Of a DNA stretch of 64,000 bases, positions 32,287 through 41,233 are shown piece by piece. Each line of letters begins with the position of its first letter. Within the stretch, counting starts at the first letter, position 1. The notes below the pieces were generated by a model. The model made no database searches and had not been told where the DNA came from. It saw only the letters and a list, made by a program, of their open reading frames with translations. Origin of the DNA: an uncultured SAR86 cluster bacterium. GTDB taxonomy: Bacteria; Pseudomonadota; Gammaproteobacteria; Magnimaribacterales; D2472. The DNA lies in contig CAXYBK010000003.1 of NCBI GenBank assembly GCA_964275345.1, positions 334,797 to 398,796 of the forward strand, written 5' to 3'. The translations under genes and the position numbers were made by a program.

Positions 32287-32594
32287 AAAAATTTTTTGGT
32301 ACCAATTTAGCCGATATGAATATATATGAAGAAATAAATATTGAGAAATATAACTTTCCTAAAACTAAATATAGCTTATATGGTCCCGATCAAAGTATAA
32401 AAGAATTTTTTACTAGAGAATTTATCGATCTGCTAAATGAGGGCGTCAAAGGTAAAAAGAGGATTAAAGTTGAATCCAATGGCAAGGACATAATCTTTTA
32501 TGTAATACATAAGAGGCATTCAGAGGAAGGAATGAAATTTTATACAAATTTATTTCAAGTCCTCTCTAAAGCGCTCTTAGATAAAGCTTTCTAA
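32193..32594 (+). CDS. hypothetical protein (probably the C-terminal part of the same ORF; listed ORF starts at 32316)
   Basis: This frame is open from 32193 and reads protein-like (DEAFYTQVFLFKTTKEFPSFYLTDRPYFRILEKFFGTNLADMNIYEE..) into ORF 32316..32594. Confidence 0.4.
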   Translation, partial: DEAFYTQVFLFKTTKEFPSFYLTDRPYFRILEKFFGTNLADMNIYEEINIEKYNFPKTKYSLYGPDQSIKEFFTREFIDLLNEGVKGKKRIKVESNGKDIIFYVIHKRHSEEGMKFYTNLFQVLSKALLDKAF

Positions 32595-32635
32595 ATGGTA
32601 AGACCCTCTGAGAGTATTGATTTTAAAGGGTTAAA

Positions 32636-32713
<78 letters not shown>

Positions 32714-32793
32714 ATTATTGAATGCATCAGCATATAACGGAAGGAGGATTATAAATACTTTTAGGGTTGATGTCTTCTCATGCTGACTATTTT

Positions 32794-33528
32794 TTATACC
32801 ATGCTGGACATCTTTGATTTACGAAAACCATTTATTGAAAAAGGTATGCTCAATAAATAAGCAATAGCCAATATGGACATAACAATCCATAAAAAATTTA
32901 TTAATAATAAGACCAGAGTAAAAAAAACAACAAGAATTCTAAAAGAATGAGATCTCTTTAATTGAAATGAAGAATTTTTAAGAGAATATGTTGGAATATT
33001 GCTTATCAATAGAAAAGCAATTGTAAGGGTATAAAAAGCTAGCAAGTTCTGATGGTTCGTCCACCAATCAAAACCAATAAAGGAATGAGTAACTGGTATT
33101 AAAATTAAAATTGCTCCAGCTGGAGTGGGGACCCCTTTAAAAAAATTATTCTGCTTAGACATTAAATCCGAATTATTAATATTGAAAAGCGCTAATCTTA
33201 AACAGCAAAAAATAATAAAGAGTAAAAGAGATAGCCAGCTTATAAGACTCATATTACTCATCAAGCTCATATATATTAATAAACTTGGCGCTATGCCAAA
33301 ATTTACAAAATCTGCCAAAGAGTCTAGTTGCGCACCTAATTCAGAATGAGCTTGCAATAGAGATGCCATCATTCCATCAAGCAGATCACAAACTGCAGCA
33401 ATCAGAATGCATATTAGGCTAGCTTGATATTGACCCTCAAGCGCAAAGCGCATGGAAGTGATTCCAAAACAGAGTCCTGAAAGTGTTACTAAATTTGGAA
33501 TTAAATTTCGTATAGCTGGTTTTTTCAT
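32794..33528 (-). CDS. pssA: CDP-diacylglycerol--serine O-phosphatidyltransferase (CDP-alcohol phosphatidyltransferase type)
   Basis: 244 aa, polytopic, with motif DLLDG..A..........G..LDSLAD. It is followed by psd. Confidence 0.85.
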   Translation of the reverse strand: MKKPAIRNLIPNLVTLSGLCFGITSMRFALEGQYQASLICILIAAVCDLLDGMMASLLQAHSELGAQLDSLADFVNFGIAPSLLIYMSLMSNMSLISWLSLLLFIIFCCLRLALFNINNSDLMSKQNNFFKGVPTPAGAILILIPVTHSFIGFDWWTNHQNLLAFYTLTIAFLLISNIPTYSLKNSSFQLKRSHSFRILVVFFTLVLLLINFLWIVMSILAIAYLLSIPFSINGFRKSKMSSMV

Positions 33529-33531
33529 AGG

Positions 33532-34191
33532 CTAACTTAAAGATGCAAGTATTGATTCTCCTGCAACAACCTTTTGATTTAAACCACAATCAATCTTAGT
33601 GTTGATGGGTAGGTAAACATCAACTCTTGATCCAAACCTAATTAACCCAAATCTTTCACCTGCTTTAAGCCTATGTCCATCATTAATAAAGCTTAAAATC
33701 CTTCTAGCAATCAAACCTGCAATTTGAACAACAACTATTTCAATATTTTCCTTAGTTTGAATAACCAAAGCATTTCTTTCATTTTTTTCACTAGCCTTAT
33801 CCAAACTAGCATTTAAAAAACTTCCTTTAGTATAGGCAATTTTTTTGACTTTACCTTCAATAGGACTCCTATTCACATGAACATTAAAAACATTCATGAA
33901 AACACAGACTCTTTTCATCATTACAGGCTCTAATCCAGATTCTAATGGCGGCAAAGATTCATCAATCAAACAAATAACTCCGTCTGCAGGGCTATATACA
34001 GCACCTGATATAGAGGGCGTAACTCTTTCAGGATCTCTAAAAAACCAAATTATAAATACAGTTATAAAACAACCAAGAATTGCAATCGGAAGCCAAATAA
34101 AAAAGAATAAAGTTGATATAAATAAGGATATTAAAGCGAATTTCCAGCCTTCAGGATGAATAAATGAAAGAACTTTTTTTAATGAAAACAT
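33532..34191 (-). CDS. psd: phosphatidylserine decarboxylase proenzyme (short form)
   Basis: 219 aa with N-terminal TM helices and a FGSR self-cleavage motif near the C-terminus (LIRFGSRVDVYLP). Confidence 0.85.
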   Translation of the reverse strand: MFSLKKVLSFIHPEGWKFALISLFISTLFFFIWLPIAILGCFITVFIIWFFRDPERVTPSISGAVYSPADGVICLIDESLPPLESGLEPVMMKRVCVFMNVFNVHVNRSPIEGKVKKIAYTKGSFLNASLDKASEKNERNALVIQTKENIEIVVVQIAGLIARRILSFINDGHRLKAGERFGLIRFGSRVDVYLPINTKIDCGLNQKVVAGESILASLS

Positions 34192-34199
34192 ATCTTTTT

Positions 34200-34589
34200 T
34201 TAGATTTTGCCTTTATCTCTCATATCTTTTCTGATCTTTGTGGCGCTAATATCTGTAATTGCTTCTTCAAAACTCTCTTCTTCAAACACATAACCCACAC
34301 CGCGACCATAGGTAATATTTACAATATTAGGCACAAGCATGATTTCGTATTCTTTACCTCTTTCAAATCCATCCACTTGAAGACCATCCTCTATGTTCTT
34401 ACAAACAGTGTCCCAATCAAAGGGATTATCATCCTGACCATCTCCGCCTGAAGCGCCCTGGACATCTCTGACTTGAATAGCCACCTGCCCAGTTTTTGCA
34501 ACACATCTTTTAAATAGTGCTTGATGGCCATCATGCCAAGGCTGCCATCTCCCTAACATTTGAACAGTTGGCTTTTTCCAATCAAACAT
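34200..34589 (-). CDS. small HxGH-class nucleotidyltransferase (NMN adenylyltransferase / cytidylyltransferase-like)
   Basis: 129 aa. GRWQPWHDGH resembles archaeal NMNAT GR.QPFH.GH, and the C-terminus has the ISATKIR (ISxTxIR) motif. Its start overlaps the upstream kinase stop (ATGTTTGA). Confidence 0.65.
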   Translation of the reverse strand: MFDWKKPTVQMLGRWQPWHDGHQALFKRCVAKTGQVAIQVRDVQGASGGDGQDDNPFDWDTVCKNIEDGLQVDGFERGKEYEIMLVPNIVNITYGRGVGYVFEEESFEEAITDISATKIRKDMRDKGKI

Positions 34590-34992
34590 TTTTTAATATT
34601 TCCTTAGCCACATCATCGTGATTATGATCATTCCATTCAGTAATATGAAAACTTACATTCTCAGGATTTTGAAATAACTTATTAGTATCTTCGTATCTTC
34701 CTTCCTTAATAGTATCCATCCATACAACAATATCAGCATCAAAGTTTTCTCTGGTTTCTTGAGTAGGGCAAACAAAATCACATACTACATATCTACCATG
34801 TGATTTTTCAAAATCTGCAAAGCTGCGCATTCGAAGTGACTGTCTTCTTCTGCCTTCGTCAGAAAAGTCCCAATCATTTGCCATTTCTCGAACCTTATCT
34901 GCGTTATACCAAGCCGCACTCAATAAAGGCACTAACCTTTCTGTGAGATAGGTTTTACCACTTCCTGGCAAACCCATTACTAAAACTTTCAT
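34582..34992 (-). CDS. small P-loop kinase-like protein
   Basis: 136 aa with Walker A GLPGSGKTY at the extreme N-terminus and a size/layout like small nucleoside/nucleotide/APS-type kinases. Substrate unknown. Confidence 0.55.
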   Translation of the reverse strand: MKVLVMGLPGSGKTYLTERLVPLLSAAWYNADKVREMANDWDFSDEGRRRQSLRMRSFADFEKSHGRYVVCDFVCPTQETRENFDADIVVWMDTIKEGRYEDTNKLFQNPENVSFHITEWNDHNHDDVAKEILKNV

Positions 34993-35030
34993 AAATTAGT
35001 CCCTATCATTAATTTATTTAATTGCATTTA

Positions 35031-35732
35031 CTAAGAGTTCTTTAGAGATTTATACAAGCTGAAGTATATATAAGCCCATGGAAATACAAAGGTATATTCG
35101 ATCAGGCCTGCAAAAACTAATTGAAGAAGAGAACTTCCTCCGCCTGCTGCCATTGGTAAAATTGAAAAAGGCAGCATCGCCAAAGCAGCACTTAAAGCAA
35201 TAAAACTAAAAGTTAAGAAGAATAAAATAGTTCCATGCTCATCTGTTACTTCCCATGATTTAGCAATAGATTCTCTAACACCTTTATTTTCAAACATTAT
35301 ATAAGCAGGAGTTAGTCCCAATCTGCCAAATAAATAGAACCCAGGCAAAATAAGCATTAGCAATCCAAGGGTAAAGACAATATAGCAAAGTACTAAAGCG
35401 CCTAAGAGCGGAAAGAATTTTTTAAACCCAATAAATAAAGCATCAAATGGTTTGATATTTTTGCCTTCAGTTAGAGCATTAAATGCCACAAAAGTTCCAC
35501 CGGTAAAAGAAATACTTAAAATTATTGAAATAAATGAAAGAAGTGTGATTGGCAAAGAGTTAGTTTCAAAATACATTGTAATATCATCAATATTTCCCGC
35601 TTCCATTAACAGCGTTGCATCTGTTAAATAATAAGCAGTAATTATCTCTACTAAAAAGACAGGTAATGCCAAGACTGCAAGAAACTGCCAATGAATATAT
35701 GCAAATTGCCAAGCTGATTTAAATTGGTTCAT
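35031..35732 (-). CDS. polytopic membrane protein (YciC/UPF0259-like architecture)
   Basis: 233 aa with about 6 TM helices. The family guess rests on topology only. Confidence 0.35.
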   Translation of the reverse strand: MNQFKSAWQFAYIHWQFLAVLALPVFLVEIITAYYLTDATLLMEAGNIDDITMYFETNSLPITLLSFISIILSISFTGGTFVAFNALTEGKNIKPFDALFIGFKKFFPLLGALVLCYIVFTLGLLMLILPGFYLFGRLGLTPAYIMFENKGVRESIAKSWEVTDEHGTILFFLTFSFIALSAALAMLPFSILPMAAGGGSSLLQLVFAGLIEYTFVFPWAYIYFSLYKSLKNS

Positions 35733-35759
35733 AATAGTAAAAAATTTATATTAAAAATT

Positions 35760-37871
35760 ATGAGAAATATTATAGTCTACGCTTTTTTCTTTGTCCTCTT
35801 CGGTTGCTCAACTGAAACAGTAACTGACACTGATTCAATTACTTATCCCACATCAAGAACGGTTCCTTTTATCGAAACCCTGCATGGAACTGAGATATCA
35901 GATCCTTATAGGTGGCTAGAAGATTTTACCGGCGATGAAGCAAATGCTTGGGTTGAGAAGCAGAATGCCTTCACACAAACTTTTATTAAAGAGACTCCAA
36001 TCAAAACTGCTATAAAAGCAGACCTATCTAAAATATGGGTGAGTGATTCTATAAGCACACCCTTTATAAGAGAAGGTAAGACTTTTTATTATTTTAATAA
36101 TGGAAATTGGCAACAAAGTAAACTCATGATGAAAGCTTGCGATTCTTGTGAAGAAGAGATTTTACTTGACCCAAATCTTTTTTCAGATGATGGAACAGTC
36201 TCTCTTGGAAGTATTAGCATTAGTCCGAATGCAGAGTACATGGCTTACTCTATTTCAGATGGCGGTTCTGACTGGAAAAGCTGGAAGATTATGAAGATAG
36301 CAGATAAATCTTTGCTTGCAGATAGCCTTTTATGGACAAAATTTTCTAGTGCTGTTTGGGAGAATGATAATTCTGGATTCTATTATCTAAAATATGATGA
36401 ACCAGATGGTGAGGCTCTTCTTGAAGTGAATGAAGCACCTCAACTCCTATTTCATGCTCTTAATACAGATCAATCAAAGGATAGATTAATTTATAAAAAT
36501 TCGGAGAAGCCTAGATGGAGCTTTGGAATAAATGTTATTAAGGACACTTCTTACAAGATTCTATCAATAGGAGAGGGAACCGATGAAAGAAATAGAGTTT
36601 ATATCCAGCTAGAAACAAATGGCGAATTCATTCCTTTAATTGATGAACTTATTGGTGCATACAACTTAATATCTTCCAAGGACAATATCTTATGGTTTTA
36701 TACAACTGAAAATGCTCCAAATGGAAAAGTTGTTAAATTAGAAGTTAAAGAAGATCAAAGTACTGAATGGTCAGAAGTTATCTCTGAAACAAAAAATTCA
36801 ATCTCTAACGTTAACGTAGTTAATAATTCTTTTGTTGTTATATATCTTGAAGATACACTTTCTTTAGTTAATTTTTATAACCTAGACGGCTCCTTTAGCC
36901 ACAAACTTAAGGGAGACTTTAAAGGTAGTATCGGGGGTTTTGGTGGAAATATTGATGATACTGAAACTTATTTTAGTTTTACAAATTTCACAACACCATC
37001 TCAAATACATAAAATAGACCTTTCCAAAAATTCTAGTAAATTATTTTGGGCTGAAGAGTTAATGGACTTTACTGCTTCAGATTATGCTTCTGAACTAAGA
37101 TTCTATAAATCCAAGGATGGAACAAAAATACCACTTCACATAAGCTATAAAAAAACGACAAAGCTCAATTCCTCATCACCAGTTTTACTTTATGGCTACG
37201 GTGGATTTAATATTTCAATCCTGCCCAGATTTTCAAAAAGCTACTTAGCTTGGATGAATCAAGGGGGCGTTGTAGCTGTTGCAAATCTTAGAGGCGGCGG
37301 TGAATATGGCGGAGCTTGGCATAATGATGGAAAGCTTTTTAATAAACAAAATGTTTTTGATGATTTTGCCTATGCAGCAAAGTATCTTCACAAATCTAGA
37401 ATTGGATCAAGCTCTACTACTGCCATCCAAGGTGGTTCTAATGGAGGCTTGTTGGTTGCAGCTACTATGCTACAAAATCCAAAGTTATTTGCAGCCGCTA
37501 TTCCTCAAGTAGGGGTTTTGGATATGCTGAGATTTAATAAATTTACTATTGGCTGGGCATGGGAAAGTGACTATGGATCTCCTGAAAAAACCAATGAGTT
37601 TTATAATCTTTTATCTTATTCTCCATATCATAATATTGAGAATGGTGAATGTTATCCTCCTACACTTGTAACAACATCAAAAAGAGACGATAGAGTTGTC
37701 CCATCTCATTCATTTAAATTTGCTGCCAGACTTCAAGCTTCTCAAGGATGCGATAACCCAATACTTATTAGAATAGAAGACAGGGCTGGTCATGGTGCAG
37801 GTACTCCAAAAGATAAAAGGATTGAACAGATTTCAGACGTGTATGGATTTGCTTTATCTTCAATGAATTAA
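35760..37871 (+). CDS. prolyl oligopeptidase (S9A), lipoprotein
   Basis: DPYRWLED at the N-terminus, a beta-propeller, and a catalytic domain with GGSNGGLL, RDDRV and GHG. Start chosen at MRNIIVYAFFFVLFGC (lipobox). The maximal ORF starts at 35724. Confidence 0.9.
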   Translation: MRNIIVYAFFFVLFGCSTETVTDTDSITYPTSRTVPFIETLHGTEISDPYRWLEDFTGDEANAWVEKQNAFTQTFIKETPIKTAIKADLSKIWVSDSISTPFIREGKTFYYFNNGNWQQSKLMMKACDSCEEEILLDPNLFSDDGTVSLGSISISPNAEYMAYSISDGGSDWKSWKIMKIADKSLLADSLLWTKFSSAVWENDNSGFYYLKYDEPDGEALLEVNEAPQLLFHALNTDQSKDRLIYKNSEKPRWSFGINVIKDTSYKILSIGEGTDERNRVYIQLETNGEFIPLIDELIGAYNLISSKDNILWFYTTENAPNGKVVKLEVKEDQSTEWSEVISETKNSISNVNVVNNSFVVIYLEDTLSLVNFYNLDGSFSHKLKGDFKGSIGGFGGNIDDTETYFSFTNFTTPSQIHKIDLSKNSSKLFWAEELMDFTASDYASELRFYKSKDGTKIPLHISYKKTTKLNSSSPVLLYGYGGFNISILPRFSKSYLAWMNQGGVVAVANLRGGGEYGGAWHNDGKLFNKQNVFDDFAYAAKYLHKSRIGSSSTTAIQGGSNGGLLVAATMLQNPKLFAAAIPQVGVLDMLRFNKFTIGWAWESDYGSPEKTNEFYNLLSYSPYHNIENGECYPPTLVTTSKRDDRVVPSHSFKFAARLQASQGCDNPILIRIEDRAGHGAGTPKDKRIEQISDVYGFALSSMN

Positions 37872-37878
37872 TTTAAGT

Positions 37879-39201
37879 ATGAGCAACCAAGTCCAATCAA
37901 ATATGCAGAAGGTTGCATATACAGCTTTAGCTGGAACTAGTATTGAGTGGTATGACTTTTTCTTATATGGCGCAGCAGCAGCACTTATTTTTCCTACAGT
38001 TTTTTTTGGTGAAGCATCTCCTTCAACTGCATTAATATTATCTTTTTTAACCTTTGCAGCAGGTTTTATAGCAAGGCCTATAGGCGGTATTATATTTGGC
38101 CACTTTGGCGATAGGATAGGAAGAAAAAAAACACTAGTCACTGCTTTAATTTTAATGGGAGTTTCATCAACATTGATTGGCTTACTGCCAACTTATGCCA
38201 TGATTGGAGTAACTGCTCCTATCTTATTAACGCTCTTAAGGTTTGCTCAAGGAATTGCCATAGGCGGTCAATGGGGAGGTGCTATGCTCCTTGTAACAGA
38301 GAGTGCGCCATCTAATGAAAGGGGATACTATGGAGCTTTTGCGCAAGCGGGGGCACCTGTTGGGGTCATTTTAGCTAATCTAGCATTTATTATTACAAGC
38401 GCATCAGTATCAGATGAATCCTTTCTTGCATGGGGTTGGCGTATTCCTTTTTTAGCAAGCGCATTATTAATTGCTATTAGTATGTATATACAACTTAATT
38501 TAGAAGATACAAAAGCATTTAAAGAACTTCAGGCCTATAAAGAAGGACTTCAAAAAGACATAAATACAGCTGAAGTCCTAGTTGAAAAATCACCAATTAT
38601 TGAAGCAATTAGAAAATATCCTAAAAGGATTATTCTTGCTGCTGGAGCCTTTTTATCTGTGCAAGTAACTTTTTATATCTTGATTGCTTTTATGCTTGTA
38701 TACGGAGTTTCAAATACTAATTTATCTAGGGATGACATATTGGCAGCTATTCTTATAGCTTCAGCTATCCAAGTTCCCGTTCAATTTGCCTTTGCTTCAT
38801 ATTCAGATAAGCACGGCCGAAAAGGCATTTTTATGCTTGGAGCCATTCTTACCGCTTTATGGGCATTTGCTATATTCCCGCTTATAGATACAGGAAATTT
38901 CTGGTATACGGTACTAGCAATTTCTGGAGGATTAATATTCCTAGCAATGATGTATGGACCTCAGGCAGCTTTTTTTACAGAACTATTTACAACTGAAGTT
39001 CGATATTCTGGAGCAACACTAGGCTATCAGTTTGGAGCAATTGCCGGAGGTGCTTTTGCACCTACAATCGCTACATACCTTTGGACAGAATATGATGTAT
39101 TTTGGGTATCCGTCTATATAGCTTTTGCGTCATTACTAACATTATTATCAGTAATGGCATTAACTGAGACATATCAAACTGATCTAAATAAAACAGATTG
39201 A
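37879..39201 (+). CDS. MFS transporter, metabolite:H+ symporter (MHS) family
   Basis: 440 aa with 12 TM helices and the MHS signature region ..RPIGGIIFGHFGDRIGRKKTL. Confidence 0.8.
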   Translation: MSNQVQSNMQKVAYTALAGTSIEWYDFFLYGAAAALIFPTVFFGEASPSTALILSFLTFAAGFIARPIGGIIFGHFGDRIGRKKTLVTALILMGVSSTLIGLLPTYAMIGVTAPILLTLLRFAQGIAIGGQWGGAMLLVTESAPSNERGYYGAFAQAGAPVGVILANLAFIITSASVSDESFLAWGWRIPFLASALLIAISMYIQLNLEDTKAFKELQAYKEGLQKDINTAEVLVEKSPIIEAIRKYPKRIILAAGAFLSVQVTFYILIAFMLVYGVSNTNLSRDDILAAILIASAIQVPVQFAFASYSDKHGRKGIFMLGAILTALWAFAIFPLIDTGNFWYTVLAISGGLIFLAMMYGPQAAFFTELFTTEVRYSGATLGYQFGAIAGGAFAPTIATYLWTEYDVFWVSVYIAFASLLTLLSVMALTETYQTDLNKTD

Positions 39202-39206
39202 AAGAT

Positions 39207-39749
39207 TTAACGTCTCGAAGATAAAGCTATTTGTTCAAAATTTAAATTTTTATATGTGAAGACTGATTTTTCCATCAGAGGTCCAAATAACTTGTTCCAA
39301 TCGTAATGGATACCTAATTCATCTTTTATAGGTGGAGATATAGTAAAGGTAACATCATATAACTCGTCTATTTTCCCAGGCAATTTAATATTTTGAGCAT
39401 AATGTAAGCTATCCGACATATTTAAATGGGGTGTAAGCTGAACTTGCACTTCAGTTCCACTCTCAGCTTTAATTTTTACGAATACATTAAGATAGGCTAC
39501 AAAACCTCCAACCGGAGATCCATTTGGAGAATCTTCTGACCAATTAGCAAGCATTTCTATATGAATATCAGTATTAGATTCAGCACGAAAATATTCTTTA
39601 GGATGCACAATGTCCTTAGGAGCTGCTTCAAAAACAAGATCAATGCCTGGTTCCATTTTCTCCTCACCCACAATCATCTCAGCCGAATGAATTGAATAAG
39701 AAGTCATTAATATTATTAAAAACAAAGATTTGGTCATATTTAGCTCCAA
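39207..39749 (-). CDS. periplasmic iron-binding protein of the P19/FetP/Tp34 family
   Basis: Signal peptide. The 'DIHIEMLANW..SPNGSPVGGFVAYLNVFVKIK' segment resembles the HLEADIHA...G.W.PYL core of this family (from memory). No FTR1/FetM-type permease is adjacent. Confidence 0.55.
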   Translation of the reverse strand: MELNMTKSLFLIILMTSYSIHSAEMIVGEEKMEPGIDLVFEAAPKDIVHPKEYFRAESNTDIHIEMLANWSEDSPNGSPVGGFVAYLNVFVKIKAESGTEVQVQLTPHLNMSDSLHYAQNIKLPGKIDELYDVTFTISPPIKDELGIHYDWNKLFGPLMEKSVFTYKNLNFEQIALSSRR

Positions 39750-39817
39750 TTAGCAGTATCCGGTATAAATTTTAGTCTATTTAACACAATAAGATAATTT
39801 AATTTTTTAGCTTGTAT

Positions 39818-39844
39818 TCATGATAATTATTGAATTATGATCAT
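39818..39844. promoter_or_regulatory. Fur-box-like AT-rich imperfect inverted repeat (TCATGATAATTATTGAATTATGATCAT)
   Basis: Contains TGATAAT-T-ATTGAAT (7/7 + 4/7 to the Fur core) plus an ATTATGATCA arm. It lies in the divergent region between the P19/FetP-like gene and fdh. Confidence 0.35.
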
Positions 39845-39873
39845 GGGAGTAATTTTTTTTATGGGAGAGAAAT

Positions 39874-41070
39874 ATGAAAATTTTATGCGTATTATATGAT
39901 GATCCAAAAACAGGTATGCCTGAAAGATATGCCAGAGATGACCTGCCTAAATTAGACAAGTACCCAGATGGAATGAGTCTTCCGTCACCCAAAGCTATCG
40001 ATTTCACTCCAGGCGAATTGCTTGGTTGTGTATCTGGAGAGCTTGGACTTAGAAAATTTTTAGAAGATGCTGGACACACCTTAGTTGTGACCTCTGATAA
40101 AGATGGCGAGGGATGTGAGGCTGACAAAGAATTAGTTGATGCGGATATTGTTATATCTCAACCATTTTTTCCATATTATTTAACTAGAGATAAAATGGAA
40201 ACAGCGCCAAATTTAAAAATGGCAATTACTGCTGGGATTGGATCAGACCATGTTGACCTTCAAGCTGCCATGGACAATAACGTTGATGTTGTTGAGGTTA
40301 CTTATTGTAACTCTCGTTCGGTTGCTGAACACATTGTTATGATGATCTTATCTATGGTTCGTGATTATCATACTCAACATAGAATTGTAAAAGAGGGTGG
40401 ATGGAATATAGCTGATGCTGTCCAAAGATCATATGACGTAGAAGGTATGCATGTTGGAACTGTGGCTGCAGGAAGAATCGGTATTGACGTGTTAAGAAAA
40501 ATGAAACCCTTTGATGTGCATCTTCACTACTTTGATATTCATAAACTTTCTGATGAAATAGAAGCAGAATTAAATCTTACTTATCATGATTCTGTAGAGT
40601 CACTAGTTGCTGTTTGTGATGTAGTTAATATTAGCTGTCCATTGCATCCTAAAACCGAACATTTATTTGATGATGCAATGATCAGCAAGATGAAACGAGG
40701 TGCATATGTTATTAATACTGCTCGTGGAAAGATTTGTGATAAAGACGCAATTGCACGAGGCTTAGAATCTGGTCAATTAAGTGGATATGCTGGAGATGTT
40801 TGGTTCCCGCAACCAGCTCCAAATGATCATGTATGGAGAACTATGCCCAATCATGGCATGACTCCTCATACTTCAGGTACTTCGTTATCTGCTCAAACAA
40901 GATATGCTGCCGGGGTTAGAGAAATTCTAGAATGTTACTTTGCTGGTGAGCCAATTAGAGATCCATATTTAATTGTTCAAAATGGTGACTTGGCTGGAAT
41001 GGGAGCACATTCTTATACAAAAGGTACAGCCACTGATGGTTCCGAAGAGGCTGCCAAATATCAGAAATAA
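39874..41070 (+). CDS. fdh: NAD+-dependent formate dehydrogenase (metal-independent, D-2-hydroxyacid dehydrogenase family)
   Basis: The N-terminus MKILCVLYDDPKTGMPERYARDDLPKLDKYPDG..PSPKAIDFTPGELLG.VSGELGLRKFLE..GHTLVVTSDKDG is almost identical in pattern to Pseudomonas sp. 101 FDH as recalled. GAGRIG NAD fold. 398 aa. Confidence 0.93.
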   Translation: MKILCVLYDDPKTGMPERYARDDLPKLDKYPDGMSLPSPKAIDFTPGELLGCVSGELGLRKFLEDAGHTLVVTSDKDGEGCEADKELVDADIVISQPFFPYYLTRDKMETAPNLKMAITAGIGSDHVDLQAAMDNNVDVVEVTYCNSRSVAEHIVMMILSMVRDYHTQHRIVKEGGWNIADAVQRSYDVEGMHVGTVAAGRIGIDVLRKMKPFDVHLHYFDIHKLSDEIEAELNLTYHDSVESLVAVCDVVNISCPLHPKTEHLFDDAMISKMKRGAYVINTARGKICDKDAIARGLESGQLSGYAGDVWFPQPAPNDHVWRTMPNHGMTPHTSGTSLSAQTRYAAGVREILECYFAGEPIRDPYLIVQNGDLAGMGAHSYTKGTATDGSEEAAKYQK

Positions 41071-41090
41071 CATTTAATTAGCAATTATTA

Positions 41091-41119
41091 AAAAAGCCTT
41101 TTCAAAAGGCTTTTTTTTT
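41091..41119 (+). terminator. rho-independent terminator after fdh
   Basis: AAAAGCCTTTT-C-AAAAGGCTTTT hairpin followed by a T9 run. Confidence 0.8.
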
Positions 41120-41150
41120 CGAATAAAAAAGAATAATATAAAAATATAAC

Positions 41151-41233
41151 TGCAAAGGGGTGGTCATTCTGATCTGAGATCTACACAGAAACCCTTTGAA
41201 CCTGATCCATTTAATAATGGCGGAGGAATTGCA
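41151..41233 (+). promoter_or_regulatory. TPP (THI-box) riboswitch
   Basis: TGCAA-AGGGGUGG..CUGAGA..ACCCUUUGAACCUGAUCCAUUUAAUAAUGGCGGAGGAA-UUGCA contains every conserved THI-element block. The P1 3' strand and the GGAGG Shine-Dalgarno overlap the ATG at 41233, which implies translational control. Confidence 0.88.

Noticed and set aside
39874-41070. Raised G+C of fdh (about 48% in a 60-nt spot count) as evidence of horizontal transfer
   Set aside because: Highly conserved Gly/Ala/Pro-rich enzymes in AT-rich genomes are generally G+C-enriched. The same applies to proteorhodopsin (about 40%). Composition alone is not diagnostic without a genome-wide baseline.
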